From positions 320,001 to 384,000 of the forward strand of contig JAVJQW010000062.1 in NCBI GenBank assembly GCA_040218735.1: a DNA stretch of 64,000 nt. Direction: 5' to 3'. The translations under genes were made by a program, and so were the position numbers. Source of the stretch: Deltaproteobacteria bacterium (GTDB lineage: Bacteria > Myxococcota > Kuafuiibacteriia > Kuafuiibacteriales > Kuafuiibacteriaceae). This document shows, piece by piece, positions 21,024-31,597 of this stretch (its first letter is position 1; the number at the start of each line of letters is the position of its first letter). The notes under the pieces were generated by a model. The model saw only the letters and a program-made list of their open reading frames with translations, had not been told where the DNA came from and did no database searches.

Positions 21024-22021
21024 GCGTGTCTCCGCACCGCGCGCAGCACGGTCTCGACGTCCAGCGTCTGCATGCACGCGTGGTCGCGCCCGCGCACGGG
21101 ACAGGACTCCCCGCCCGTGTTGCTGCACGGCGCGCAGTCGAGATCCAACGTGACGACGCGGTGGGCGTCGCCGATCGGCCCCCACCGCACCGGCGAGGTC
21201 GGCCCGAAGATCACCGTGGTCGGCACGCCCAGCGCCGCGGCGATGTGCGCGGGGCCGGTGTCGACGGTGACCAGCGCATCGAGTGTCGCGAGGATCTCGA
21301 CGAGGCCGACGACGTCCATCCCGTCGACGGCGATGTCCGCAACGCGATCGCCGAGCGCCGACCGAAGCTTCTCGAGGAGCGGCCGATCGGCGGGGCCCCC
21401 CACGAGGACTATCTCCTCGGCGTCCATTCGTGAGGCGAGCTCGGCGAAGCGCTCCACCGGCCAGCGCTTCGTCGCGTGCGTCGCGCCCGGCGACAGGCCC
21501 ACGCGCCCCGGCTTCGTGTTGCGCTCGAACCCCGACAACCGAGGCCGCCGATCGATCTCGGTCGCCACCCCCGCCGCGGCGAGCACCGACAGGTACAGGT
21601 CGACCGAGTGCCGATCGTCGATCGGCGGATCGTGACCAACCAGGGACAAGAGCGCTTGTCCGACGGTGCGTTTCTCCAGCGTCGCACGACGTGCGCCCGC
21701 GAAGCGTCGTGATAGCGAGCGCGTCCGCAACTTGCCTTGCAGATCGATGACGAGGTCGTAGCGATCGTCGAGGCGCTCCCGCACCCGGTCGACGCCGCGC
21801 ATCCCGCGGTCCTCACCGCGCCGGTCGTAGCCGACGACGCGATCCACGCCGAGGCCGCGCTCCACGAACGCGGCGTAGCGTTGGTCGGTGACGTAGTGAA
21901 TGGTGACGTCGGGATCGTGGGCGCGCAGCGCGCGGATCACTGGCTCGGTCAGGACAACGTCCCCCAGCGCGGTGAGGCGCATGACGAGAATCTGCGCCAC
22001 GGCGGGCGCACGATACCCCAA
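21020..22021 (-). CDS. glycosyltransferase family 9 (heptosyltransferase-like)
   Basis: RLTALGDVV, HATKRWP, VDTGPAHIA, FGPT, CAPC...C...HACM; start may be about 21998. Confidence 0.9.
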   Translation of the reverse strand: MGYRAPAVAQILVMRLTALGDVVLTEPVIRALRAHDPDVTIHYVTDQRYAAFVERGLGVDRVVGYDRRGEDRGMRGVDRVRERLDDRYDLVIDLQGKLRTRSLSRRFAGARRATLEKRTVGQALLSLVGHDPPIDDRHSVDLYLSVLAAAGVATEIDRRPRLSGFERNTKPGRVGLSPGATHATKRWPVERFAELASRMDAEEIVLVGGPADRPLLEKLRSALGDRVADIAVDGMDVVGLVEILATLDALVTVDTGPAHIAAALGVPTTVIFGPTSPVRWGPIGDAHRVVTLDLDCAPCSNTGGESCPVRGRDHACMQTLDVETVLRAVRRHA

Positions 22022-22024
22022 TCT

Positions 22025-23017
22025 TCAGGCGTGCTGCCGCGCCTTCCTCGAGGCGCCGCGGCCGTCGAGCCGATCGCGATCCTCGTGATACCCGAGCGCG
22101 CGGGTGCGGGCGTGCACCCGAGCCCCCGCGCCCAGGGCGCCGACGCCGTCGAGCATCGACAGCCCCAGCACGACCGCCGGGACGAGCGCTCCGCCGACGC
22201 CGGGCACCTCGGCCATGTCCTGCTTGCCGATGGACGCGAGGCTGCACGCGGCGCGTCCGGCCCACACGATGGGCGCGGCGAAGGCGCCCCCGAGGGGGGT
22301 GTGCGCTTCGACGATCGGCTTCGCGATCTGCGTGAGATCCCGACCGCGGAGGAACCGCAGCTGCACGAGCTCGCGCAGCCGATCCGGGAACCGGTGGACA
22401 GTCCGCGCCTCGGGCACGAACTGGATGCGCACCCCTGCTTCGGCGAGCTGCATTCCGAGGAGCTGACAGTGGCCGCGGTAGAGGTCGTGGCCGACGGGGA
22501 ACGGGTTGGCTTCGAACACGTCGCGGCGGAACGCGACGTTGTTCGCGTAGAAGTTCTTCGTCCACCGCGTTCCCTCGGTGAAGTACATGAAGTCGATCGT
22601 CGTCGCGGCGGCGCCGAGGACGCCTTCGCGGTAGGTCGTGCGCCCCGCGGTGACCTTCGCGCCGTCCGCGAAGGGGGCGACGAGGTTCGACAGCCAGGCC
22701 TCGTCCGGCCAGCAGTCGGCGTCGGCGAAGACGACCACGTCGGCGGTCGTCGCCTCGAAGCCGAGGTTCTTGCCGGCGTAGTAGTCGTCGTCGGGTGCGA
22801 TCGCGACGAGCGCGACGGACCGATCTGCGGCCGCTTCGATGCGCGGGGCGTAGGCCGCGAGTGGACCGTCGTGTGTCACGACGAGCTCGGTGAGCGGCTT
22901 GAGCTGCGGTCGAAGGTGTTCGAGCAGCCGAGTGAGCGAGCGCGTGACTCGCTCGGGGTCGGCGCCCGCGCCCTTCAGGTTGTGGGTCTCGAGGACCAGT
23001 GCAGTGCTCGTAGGCAT
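22025..23017 (-). CDS. glycosyltransferase family 2-like protein
   Basis: GKNLG...VVVFADADC (DxD), NNVAFRRDVF; ATG at 23017 with AAGGA upstream. Confidence 0.75.
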   Translation of the reverse strand: MPTSTALVLETHNLKGAGADPERVTRSLTRLLEHLRPQLKPLTELVVTHDGPLAAYAPRIEAAADRSVALVAIAPDDDYYAGKNLGFEATTADVVVFADADCWPDEAWLSNLVAPFADGAKVTAGRTTYREGVLGAAATTIDFMYFTEGTRWTKNFYANNVAFRRDVFEANPFPVGHDLYRGHCQLLGMQLAEAGVRIQFVPEARTVHRFPDRLRELVQLRFLRGRDLTQIAKPIVEAHTPLGGAFAAPIVWAGRAACSLASIGKQDMAEVPGVGGALVPAVVLGLSMLDGVGALGAGARVHARTRALGYHEDRDRLDGRGASRKARQHA

Positions 23018-24273
23018 CGGTGATTCCTTTCGTCGATCAGGAGGTGGAGGGTCCGGCGCCAGTCGCCGGCGATCGTGGCGACCGCTTCGCCCGGGGGCGC
23101 CCGACGCGCGCGTTCGATCGCGGCGGGGAGCGCATCGGGCGTGGCGACGTCGACGACCTCGAAGTCGCGGCCCAGCCGTGTGAGGTTCTCGCGTTGCTCC
23201 GGCTGGCGGGACCGCAGCGCGACGTAGGCGACGCCCGACGCCTTCACGGCGGTCAGCGTCGCAACGCCGGGCGCGGAGACTACGACATCGGCGGCCGCGA
23301 GTTTGTCCGCGAGGTCCGCATCGTAGGCGACCCACCCGGGACGCCCCGCGAAGCCCTCGCCCACCGCGTAGAGGCGGCCGGGCGTAGACTCCAGCGCCGC
23401 CGCGAGGCGGGGGTCCGCGAAGTGCGGGTTCAGGTAGGCGACGACGAGCCGCTCGTCGGAGCCGACGCCGAGCGCACGGCGCACCGCCTCGCGCGAGCGA
23501 CGCGGCGGCTCCACGAGCGGGCGGAGGCGGGTGCCTTCCGGGTCGGCGTCGACCGCGTACTCGATGCGCGCGAAGGCGCGACGCAGGGCCCGCGCGAGGA
23601 GCCGGGCGAACAGGCCCGAGGGGACCTCGGCGCCGGAGCGTCGGGGCCCGTGCTGCGAACGCGAAAGGACCTGGTGAGCGTGCGAAGGAATCGGCGCGTC
23701 GATTCGGCCGACGTCGGCGCCCGGCGCTCCGGACGACCCGGGCACCGCGGTGGCCACGGAACCGACGCGGGCGTTCGGGACACGGGACGACGCCGCGCGC
23801 GCTTCGGTCTTCCTCCCCGGCGAGCGGAGGGACTCGCGGCGACCGCCGCCGATCTCCACCACCGCCTCCAAGAGCGTCGTCCCGAAGACGTGGACGATCG
23901 GTACGACGAGAGGGTCGAAGAGGAGCGATGCGATCAGGGTCGCCGGGTGGAGCGCGTCGTCGACGATCAGGTCGTAGTCCTCGGCCGAGCGGCGTAGGCG
24001 GCGCACATCGCCGAACGCGTCGCGGGCCAGGTACCGCAGGAGTCGTCCTTGCGTGCGCCCGCGCTCGAGGTGCTGCTGCGCGTCGAACGCCAACGCGTAG
24101 CCGCGACCGAGCACGTGCGCCGGGGTTCCGAGGGCGGCGAGGAAGGCGACGCCCGCGTCGCTCGTGGTCACCACGTCGACCTCGACCGAAGGCGCGAGCA
24201 TCCGGCGCGCGCGGCGTGCGCGCATCAGGTGCCCCCGCGCGTCGGCGACGGCGATCCAGAGGATCCGGCTCAC
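22975..24273 (-). CDS. GT-B-fold glycosyltransferase-like protein with internal low-complexity insert
   Basis: ARGHLMR N-terminus, ADVVVSAPG, QPEQREN (GT28/GT1-like); GTGA overlap with the upstream gene. Confidence 0.65.
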   Translation of the reverse strand: MSRILWIAVADARGHLMRARRARRMLAPSVEVDVVTTSDAGVAFLAALGTPAHVLGRGYALAFDAQQHLERGRTQGRLLRYLARDAFGDVRRLRRSAEDYDLIVDDALHPATLIASLLFDPLVVPIVHVFGTTLLEAVVEIGGGRRESLRSPGRKTEARAASSRVPNARVGSVATAVPGSSGAPGADVGRIDAPIPSHAHQVLSRSQHGPRRSGAEVPSGLFARLLARALRRAFARIEYAVDADPEGTRLRPLVEPPRRSREAVRRALGVGSDERLVVAYLNPHFADPRLAAALESTPGRLYAVGEGFAGRPGWVAYDADLADKLAAADVVVSAPGVATLTAVKASGVAYVALRSRQPEQRENLTRLGRDFEVVDVATPDALPAAIERARRAPPGEAVATIAGDWRRTLHLLIDERNHRCLRALHWSSRPTT

Positions 24274-25070
24274 GCGTTCGCCCTCGGTACGAGGTCGAAC
24301 AGCGCGAGCTCGGGTGCGGTGCCGCGCCCGTAGCGCAGGCCGCGCCGCGTGTGGCCGAGCCCCGCGTTCACGTACAGCAGCGCGTCGTCGACGGCGGTGG
24401 ATCCCGAGAGGAACGGCATCCCGCGGCGCCGCGCGACGGCGGCGGTCAGCACCGGTACGCGGACCTGGCCGCCGTGGGTGTGTCCGCTGAGGATCAGGCG
24501 CGCCCCGCCCTGCTCGACGATCGGCACCGCGATCCCCGGCGAGTGGGAGAGCACGAGGTGGTCGGCGTCGGGCGCACCGGCGAAGGCGGCTTCGACGTCG
24601 TGGTGGTGCGTCACCGAGTCGTCGATCCCGACCACCGAGACCCCCGCCGCTTCCGCGCGACCGTTCACGAGGACCTTCGCGCCCGCGCGGGTGAGGAGCT
24701 CGGCGATCGCCTTCGCGTCCGTCCAGTGATCGTGATTGCCGAGCGTCGCGAGCTTGGGCCCCGGGAGCGCGCGCACGAACGCCTCCAACCGCGAGGCGTG
24801 CGTGAGGGAGTGGTTCACGTAGTCGCCCGTGAGCACCACGAGATCCGGGCGCGCTTCGATCGTCGCCTCCACCGCCGCCGCGAGCATCGCGGGCGGCGTC
24901 GACCAACCCACGTGCACGTCCGTCAGGTGCGCGACGCGGACCCTACGCCGCGTCCGCCACGGCACCTCGTGCCGCGTAACGCGGAGCCGATGATGGGAGG
25001 CGAGGAACACACCACCCGCCGATACGATCGCGGCGCCGCCGCCGATGAGGAGCTTCCGTCGAGTCATCAC
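24270..25070 (-). CDS. calcineurin-like metallophosphoesterase (YkuE-like), Tat-like N-terminus
   Basis: DVH, GDYV, GNHD, LSH, GHTHGGQ; TRRKLL followed by a hydrophobic stretch. Confidence 0.9.
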   Translation of the reverse strand: MMTRRKLLIGGGAAIVSAGGVFLASHHRLRVTRHEVPWRTRRRVRVAHLTDVHVGWSTPPAMLAAAVEATIEARPDLVVLTGDYVNHSLTHASRLEAFVRALPGPKLATLGNHDHWTDAKAIAELLTRAGAKVLVNGRAEAAGVSVVGIDDSVTHHHDVEAAFAGAPDADHLVLSHSPGIAVPIVEQGGARLILSGHTHGGQVRVPVLTAAVARRRGMPFLSGSTAVDDALLYVNAGLGHTRRGLRYGRGTAPELALFDLVPRANA

Positions 25071-25157
25071 GCCGTCGACGGTGCCTGGTCACGCGGCGCC
25101 GAGGGTGGACGGCCCAGGGAACTTTCGTGGCAGTTGCGTGGCGGTATCGGATGGCTT

Positions 25158-26087
25158 CTAGAAGATCGAGGTGCCGGTCTTGGTCGTCAGCAGCTCGAGC
25201 GCCATCGTGCCTGCGAGGGAGTTGCCCTTCTTGCCGAGGCCCGGGGACCACGTCGTGGCGACGAACTGGCCAGGGAGCACCGCGACGATGCCGCCGCCGA
25301 CGCCGCTCTTGGCCGGGAGGCCGACGCGGTAGGCGAAGTCGCCCGCCTCGTCGTAGACGCCGCAGGTCAGCATGACGGCGTTGAGGCGTTTGGCCTGGCG
25401 GGCGGTGACGACGGTCTCGCCCGACGGCGCGCGGCCGCCGGTCGCGAGGAACGTGAACGCGCGGCACAGCCCGCGGCAGCTCATGGAGACCGAACACAGC
25501 TTGCAGTACGCCTCCATCACGGCCTCGGGATCCTCGCGCAGCACGCCGAACGAGTTGAGGAAGTGCACGACGGCGCGGTTGCGGTCGCCGGTCGCCAGCT
25601 CCGCTTCGGCGACCTCCAGGTCGTAGTCGATCGTCGGGTCGCCGGCCGCCTGACGGATGAACTGCAGGACGGGATCGACGCTGCCGCGGCTGGCGTGGAG
25701 GATCGTGTCCATCACCACGAGCGCGCCCGCGTTGATCATCGGGTTGCGCGGGACGCCCTCCTCGACTTCGAGCTGGATCAGCGAGTTGAACCGCGTGCCG
25801 GAGGGCTCGCGGCCGACACGCTCCCAGACGTCGTCGCCGACGAGCTTCATCGCCAGCGCGAGGCTCAGCACCTTCGCGATGCTCTGGATGGAGAACGGCG
25901 TGTCCGCATCACCCACGTGGTACTCGGCGCCGTCGACCTTGCGCAGCGCCATGCCGAACTGCTGCGACTCGACGTTGGCGAGCGACGGGATGTAATCGGC
26001 GACCTCCCCGCCGCTCAGCAGCTCGGCGCACTCGGACTCGATCTCGCGCAGGATGTTCGCGTAGTCCACGGTCTCGGACCGTAACAT
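25158..26087 (-). CDS. glsA: glutaminase
   Basis: VADYIP, FSIQSIAK, EPSG..FN, NPMINAGA, PAKSGVGGG. Confidence 0.96.
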   Translation of the reverse strand: MLRSETVDYANILREIESECAELLSGGEVADYIPSLANVESQQFGMALRKVDGAEYHVGDADTPFSIQSIAKVLSLALAMKLVGDDVWERVGREPSGTRFNSLIQLEVEEGVPRNPMINAGALVVMDTILHASRGSVDPVLQFIRQAAGDPTIDYDLEVAEAELATGDRNRAVVHFLNSFGVLREDPEAVMEAYCKLCSVSMSCRGLCRAFTFLATGGRAPSGETVVTARQAKRLNAVMLTCGVYDEAGDFAYRVGLPAKSGVGGGIVAVLPGQFVATTWSPGLGKKGNSLAGTMALELLTTKTGTSIF

Positions 26088-26094
26088 CCCCGCG

Positions 26095-27342
26095 TCAGCG
26101 CGCTTCGGTCGGCCAGTCGCCCACCGCGCGTGTGAGCCGCAGCGCGGCAGCGCTCGCCTCGAAGCGCTCCTGCGCGAGCGCCTGCGCGGCGTCGTACTCG
26201 GCGACGGCGGCGTCGGCCTGCTCGAGCGCGCTCGCGAGCCCCTGCGTGAAACGCGCGCGGACCTCCTCCGCGTTCTCGCGCGCGACCTCGAGCCGCGCCT
26301 CGGCCTGCGCGACGGCGGCCTGCGCCGTGTTCAGATCCGTGCGCGCCTGGGAAAGCTCCAGCTTCACCTGCCGCAGCTGCTTCGACAGCGCGAGCTCCGA
26401 TTCGCGTGTGTCGGCCGCCCGCTGGCGCGCGATCGCGTAGCGCGCTCCGCCGTCCCACAGCAGCCATTCGGCCGTCGCCGAGAGGCTCCAGTTCGCGACG
26501 CGCTGCTGAAAGCCCGTCTCGTTCGTGAGGCTCGCCTCGGCCGCGACCCCCACGGTCGGGAGCAGCCCGTACCACGGCTCGCGCGCGGCGATGCGGTTCG
26601 CTTCGAGCTCACGGCGCAGGGTCTCGAGGTCCGGGCGCGCTTCGGTGGCGGTCGCGAGCAGCTCCGCTTCCCCGCCCGTCGGCGCGGTCTGGTCGGGCTC
26701 TTCGAGCTGTCCGTCCACGGCCCGCCCGACGACGAAGCCGAGCGACAACCGCAGCTGCCGCGCGGCGTTGTCGGCGCGCGTGGCTTCCAGCTTCGCCGTC
26801 GCGACCTCCAGCTTCGCGCGGTTCAACACGTTCTTCGCGGTGAGCCCGGCCTCGAAGCGGGCGTTCACGTTGTCGAAGGTCTCCTGCGCCAGCTCGAGCC
26901 GACGCTCCGCGGCCGCCCGCGCGCGCTCGCCCGCGAGGACCGCGACGTACAGATCCGCGACCTCGAACGCGAGCGTTCGCCGCAGCTCGACGTTCTTCGC
27001 CTCCGCCGCGCCGACGTCCGCGCCGGACTTCGACAGGCGCGCGAGCGCCGGGGCGTCGAACACGGTGAGCTCGGCGCGCGCCTGCGCAGACAGCGCGTTC
27101 AGCCGGTTGATGAACCGCTCCTCGCCGTCTTCGCCCGGGAAGCTCACCTGAAACGCACGGCGCCGGTACGTCCCGGAAACCGAGACCGCGCCGAACAGAT
27201 CCGCCCACGCCTCCCGCCGCTGCGCCTCGGCGCGCTCGATCACGAGCTTCGCGCTCTCGGCGCCTTCGTTCTTCGCGAGCGCCTCCGTCACCAACGCGTC
27301 CATCGAAACGGTCTGCGCCGCCAGCAAGAGCCCGAGGATCAC
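26095..27342 (-). CDS. TolC-family outer membrane efflux protein
   Basis: Duplicated OEP pattern (RFEAGL / RFTQGL), WLLWDGG; GTGA-coupled to the RND gene. Confidence 0.88.
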   Translation of the reverse strand: MILGLLLAAQTVSMDALVTEALAKNEGAESAKLVIERAEAQRREAWADLFGAVSVSGTYRRRAFQVSFPGEDGEERFINRLNALSAQARAELTVFDAPALARLSKSGADVGAAEAKNVELRRTLAFEVADLYVAVLAGERARAAAERRLELAQETFDNVNARFEAGLTAKNVLNRAKLEVATAKLEATRADNAARQLRLSLGFVVGRAVDGQLEEPDQTAPTGGEAELLATATEARPDLETLRRELEANRIAAREPWYGLLPTVGVAAEASLTNETGFQQRVANWSLSATAEWLLWDGGARYAIARQRAADTRESELALSKQLRQVKLELSQARTDLNTAQAAVAQAEARLEVARENAEEVRARFTQGLASALEQADAAVAEYDAAQALAQERFEASAAALRLTRAVGDWPTEAR

Positions 27343-30300
27343 GCCTTCACCCCCCGCAACCGCCACAACACCACGAACGCCGCCGGGACCACGAACAGCG
27401 TGAGCACCGTCGACAGCGCCAACCCGCCCAGGACGATCGCGCCGACGCCGCGGTACAGCTCCGAGCCGCTCCCCGGGAACAACACGAGCGGCGACAGCCC
27501 CGCGATCGACGTGAGCGCCGACATGAAGATCGGCCGGATGCGCCGCGACACCGCGCGCTCCAGCGCGACGTCCAGCGGCTCACCCGCGCGCAGGTTCGTT
27601 ATCGCGCCATCCACCACGAGGATCGCGTTGTTCACCACGACGCCGATCAGGATGACGAAGCCGATCGCCGTCAGCATGTCGAACGTCTGGGCGCCGAGGA
27701 ACCGATCCACCAACAACAGCGCCACCACCCCGCCCGCCGCGGCGAGCGGCACCGTCACCATCACCGCGATCGGCGCGAGGAAGTCTTCGAACAGCGCGGC
27801 CATGAGGAGGAAGCTGATCACCACCGCGAGCAACAAGACCTGGAACAGGCGCACCTTCGCGAGCTCGAGCTGCCCGGCGGTCCCCGAGAGCGACACGTCG
27901 ATCTCACTCGGGATGACCCCCTCGCTTCGCAGCCGCTGCACCACCTGCGTGCGGATCGTGTTCATCGCGTCCTCGAGCGCGACGTCGTCCGGAGGGGACA
28001 CCGCGATGGTGATCGAACGGCTCCGCTCGATGCGGCGGATGACCGTCGGCCCGAGCGCCTCGTCCACCGTCGCGACCGCGCGCAGCGGCACGACCCCGCC
28101 CGTCGGCGTCGCGACCGGCGCCGCCGACAGCGCGCTCACGTCCACGAGCCCTCGCTGATCCTTCGAGCCCTTCGCGGTGAGCACGACGTCGATCTTCGGC
28201 TCACCCTCGCGCCCGTACTCGCCGATGATCGCGCCGTCGATCAGCGCGTCGACGGCGAGCCCGATGTCCGCGCCCGACAACCCGACCTCCGCGGCGCGCG
28301 CGCGGTCGGGGCGTACGCGGTACTCGGGGGCGCCGTGATCCAGGGAGGGGATCGGCCGCACCTGCGCGCCCGGGATCGCCTCCCGCACCGCGCCGAGGAT
28401 CGCGCCACCGGTGTCGACGAGCTGTCCCAGGTCCTGGCCGCCGATGTCGATCTCCACGCCGCGGCCGCCGCCGATGCTGCGCCCGAACAGGCTCGCCTGC
28501 GTGGCGATCGGGAACATGCCCGGCACGGTCGCGAGGAGCTCTCGGTACCAAGCGACGAACTCCTGCGTGCGGTTCTCGTCGACCACGCCGGCGCCCATCA
28601 GCCCGTTCTCCGGTCGCCCCACGTAGAACGAACGCGACACCGCCGGCACCCCGTCGACCTCCTGCTCGATGTGTTTCGCAACCTCGGTCTGGATGCGCTC
28701 GCCGATGACGCGCATCTCCTCGACCGAGTACCCGGGCGGCGGCACGAGGATGCCAAACGCAAAGGCGCGGTTGCCGGTCGGGAGGTACTCCATCGAGGGC
28801 AGCAGCATCACCGTCGCGCCGCCCGCGACGACCAGCGCCGCCCCCATCACCGCGAACGAGCGCCACCACGAGCGCGCGAGCTTCGCGACCACGCCGCCCG
28901 TCGCGTCGCGGAACCGCACGCCGACGTCCTCCAGCTTGCCGAGGTTGAACGACTTGCCCTCGCGCCCTTCGAGCAGCACGCGTGCGAAGCTCGGGATCAC
29001 GAGCACCGAGACGACCAGCGACACGATGACCGCCGTGGAGATCGCGACCGCGATGTCGCGGAGGATCTCGCCGACCTCGTCCTGCCAGGTGATGATCGGG
29101 ATGAACACCACCGCGGTGGTGAGCGTGCTCGCGACGATTGCACCCCACACCTCGCGGGTCGCGATGATCGCGGCGTCGCGGATCGTCCCGCGCTCCTTCT
29201 GCACCGTGTCGATGTTCTCGAGCACGACGATCGCGTTGTCCACGACCATACCCACCGCGAACGCCATCCCCGCGAGCGACACCACGTTGATCGTGCGCCC
29301 GAGCAGCGACATGCCGAGCGCCGTCCCGAGCGTACACACCGGGATCGCGACGGCGACCACCGCCGACGAACGCACGCTCCGCAGGAAGATCAGCAACACC
29401 AGCACCGCGAGCAACCCGCCGACGAAGAGGTTCTGGCGCACGAGGTCGAGCGCCGCCTCGATGTACCCGGTCTGATCCGACACCACCGTCAGCTTCAGAC
29501 CGCGCGGCGCCATCGTCGTCGCCTCGAGCTCCGCGGTGAGGTCCTTCACCTGCCGCGTGACCTCCAGGACGTTCGTCCCCGCCTCCCGGAACAGGAGGAA
29601 CACCATCGACGGCGAGTCGTCCGAGAACACGTGCGCCTGCGGCTTGCGCAAGCCGAGTTGCACGGTCGCCACGTCCTGCAGTCGCACCGGCGCACCATCG
29701 ACTACCGCGAGCACCGCGTCCGCCAGCTCCTCGGGCTGCTCCGGCGCGAGGGGGGTCCGCACCAACAGACGGCGCTTGCCGACGGTGACGTCACCACCCG
29801 ACACGTCGACCAGCTCGGAGCGGAGCTTCGAGACGACCGCGCCGATCGTGAGCCCACGGGCCGCGAGCGCCGTCTCGTCGAACGCCACCTCCAGCTCGCG
29901 GTCGCGCCCGCCGATCAGCAAGACACGCGCGACCCCGGGGATGCGTTCGTAGAGCGGCTGCAGGCGCTGCTCGACCCACGTTCGGTACTGCGTGACGTCG
30001 CCCGCCGCCTTCGAGGTGATCGTGATGACCGCGAGCGGCGGCCCCGAGGTGTTCGACGCGGAGATGACCGGCTGGCGTGCGTTCTGCGGGTACTGCGGGA
30101 CCTGTGAGAGCAGGTTCGTCACGCGGACAAGCGCCTCCTCGATCGGCGTGCCGACCTCCAGCTCCAACGTGATGGTGCCGACCTCCAGGCGCGCCTCGGA
30201 CTCCATCCGCACCAGACCGGAGAGGCTCTTGAGCGCCTCCTCCTGCTCTTCGAGGATCTCCGACTCCACCTCGGTCGGCGCCGCGCCCGGCCACACCGTG

Positions 30301-30455
30301 GTCACCGTCAGCGTCGGCACCGCGATGTCCGGCGTGAGCTGAATCGGCAGGCGCATGATCGCCAGGACGCCGAACATCACCGTGAGCACGACGCCCACGA
30401 GCACCGTCACCGGCCGCGCGACTGCGGTCGCGACCGGCCCCGAACCGGGGCTCAC
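27339..30455 (-). CDS. RND efflux permease (AcrB/AcrD/AcrF family)
   Basis: 1038 aa, GMVVDNAIVVLENI, GVVVNNAIL, RIRPIFMSALTS. Confidence 0.95.
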   Translation of the reverse strand: MSPGSGPVATAVARPVTVLVGVVLTVMFGVLAIMRLPIQLTPDIAVPTLTVTTVWPGAAPTEVESEILEEQEEALKSLSGLVRMESEARLEVGTITLELEVGTPIEEALVRVTNLLSQVPQYPQNARQPVISASNTSGPPLAVITITSKAAGDVTQYRTWVEQRLQPLYERIPGVARVLLIGGRDRELEVAFDETALAARGLTIGAVVSKLRSELVDVSGGDVTVGKRRLLVRTPLAPEQPEELADAVLAVVDGAPVRLQDVATVQLGLRKPQAHVFSDDSPSMVFLLFREAGTNVLEVTRQVKDLTAELEATTMAPRGLKLTVVSDQTGYIEAALDLVRQNLFVGGLLAVLVLLIFLRSVRSSAVVAVAIPVCTLGTALGMSLLGRTINVVSLAGMAFAVGMVVDNAIVVLENIDTVQKERGTIRDAAIIATREVWGAIVASTLTTAVVFIPIITWQDEVGEILRDIAVAISTAVIVSLVVSVLVIPSFARVLLEGREGKSFNLGKLEDVGVRFRDATGGVVAKLARSWWRSFAVMGAALVVAGGATVMLLPSMEYLPTGNRAFAFGILVPPPGYSVEEMRVIGERIQTEVAKHIEQEVDGVPAVSRSFYVGRPENGLMGAGVVDENRTQEFVAWYRELLATVPGMFPIATQASLFGRSIGGGRGVEIDIGGQDLGQLVDTGGAILGAVREAIPGAQVRPIPSLDHGAPEYRVRPDRARAAEVGLSGADIGLAVDALIDGAIIGEYGREGEPKIDVVLTAKGSKDQRGLVDVSALSAAPVATPTGGVVPLRAVATVDEALGPTVIRRIERSRSITIAVSPPDDVALEDAMNTIRTQVVQRLRSEGVIPSEIDVSLSGTAGQLELAKVRLFQVLLLAVVISFLLMAALFEDFLAPIAVMVTVPLAAAGGVVALLLVDRFLGAQTFDMLTAIGFVILIGVVVNNAILVVDGAITNLRAGEPLDVALERAVSRRIRPIFMSALTSIAGLSPLVLFPGSGSELYRGVGAIVLGGLALSTVLTLFVVPAAFVVLWRLRGVKA

Positions 30456-31507
30456 GGCTGGACCGCCTGGCCCGGACGCAGACGCTCGTTGCCGCGCACG
30501 ACGACCACGTCACCGGCCGCGAGACCTTCACCGCGCACCAGCGCCTTGCCTTCCGCCTTCGCGATGACGTCCACGATCATCGGCGAGGCCTTCCCATCGA
30601 CGACGCGCACGATCCGCGTGTTGGTCGGCGACGGGAGGAGCGCGTCCTCCGGTACCACGACCCCGTCTCCCTGCAGCGACACGGGGAACTCGACCTCGAC
30701 CGCGCCGCCCGGGAGCAGCGACGTCGAGCCCTTCGCGCCGACCCGCACGCGCAGCGTCCGCGACTGCGGCGACAGCGCGGGCACCACGCCGAGTACCTCA
30801 CCGTCCACCGGCGGCTTCGCGAGGATCCGCACCGCGTCGCCCGCCGACACGCGCCCGTACAGCTCACGCGCCGCGTCCACGAGGATCTCCACGTCCGCGG
30901 TGGAGACCAGCTCCATCACCGCGTCGCCGGGGCGCACCCAATCACCAACGTCCGCGACTCGGCGCGCGACCACGCCGTCGAACGGCGCGTACACGCGATG
31001 CAAGTTGAGTTGCGCGCGGGCCTCGGCGTGCTGAGCCTCCAGCCCCTTTTGCCGCGACGACAGCTCCCGCACCTTCGACTTGGCGCGCTCCAGCTCGATC
31101 GCCGCGACGACGTTCGCCTTCAGCGACTCCAACCGTTGCAGCTCGCGCTCCGCCTGTTCGAGCGCCTCCTGCCCGGCCTGCACCGACGCCGACGCCACCC
31201 CCACGCGCGCTGCGGCGAGCGCCGGGTCGACCTCCACGAGGAGGTGACCCTTCTTCACGACGTCACCCTCGCGGGCGCGCACCTTCGTCACCGCGCCGCT
31301 CGCGCCCGAGGCGAGGCTCGCGCGCGCCGACGAGCGGACGTCACCGAGGAACCGCCACCGATCCTGAATTGCGCCCGTCTCGACCGAAGCGGTCTCGACC
31401 CGTGCGGGCGGCGGCGCCGATTTTGTCTCCGGCTTCTTGGCTTCGGCTTCACACGCGACGGTCGCGAGGAGCAGCAGGGGGGCGATGCGCTGTGGATCGT
31501 GGGGCAC
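30452..31507 (-). CDS. RND periplasmic adaptor (membrane fusion lipoprotein)
   Basis: Lipobox TVAC, EGDVVKKG, APFDGVV, GDVVVVRG. Confidence 0.92.
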   Translation of the reverse strand: MPHDPQRIAPLLLLATVACEAEAKKPETKSAPPPARVETASVETGAIQDRWRFLGDVRSSARASLASGASGAVTKVRAREGDVVKKGHLLVEVDPALAAARVGVASASVQAGQEALEQAERELQRLESLKANVVAAIELERAKSKVRELSSRQKGLEAQHAEARAQLNLHRVYAPFDGVVARRVADVGDWVRPGDAVMELVSTADVEILVDAARELYGRVSAGDAVRILAKPPVDGEVLGVVPALSPQSRTLRVRVGAKGSTSLLPGGAVEVEFPVSLQGDGVVVPEDALLPSPTNTRIVRVVDGKASPMIVDVIAKAEGKALVRGEGLAAGDVVVVRGNERLRPGQAVQP

Positions 31508-31597
31508 GGGTTCCTCGATGGTGCCGTCGACGTCCCCCCCGCGACGACGTCGCGGCGCCCCTCGGGAAACGTCTCAGCCGACCGGAAACAGGTTTCA

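Noticed and set aside
23620-23850. Intein in the GT-B-like gene
   Set aside because: Too short and lacks the C/S...HN-C/S/T splice motifs
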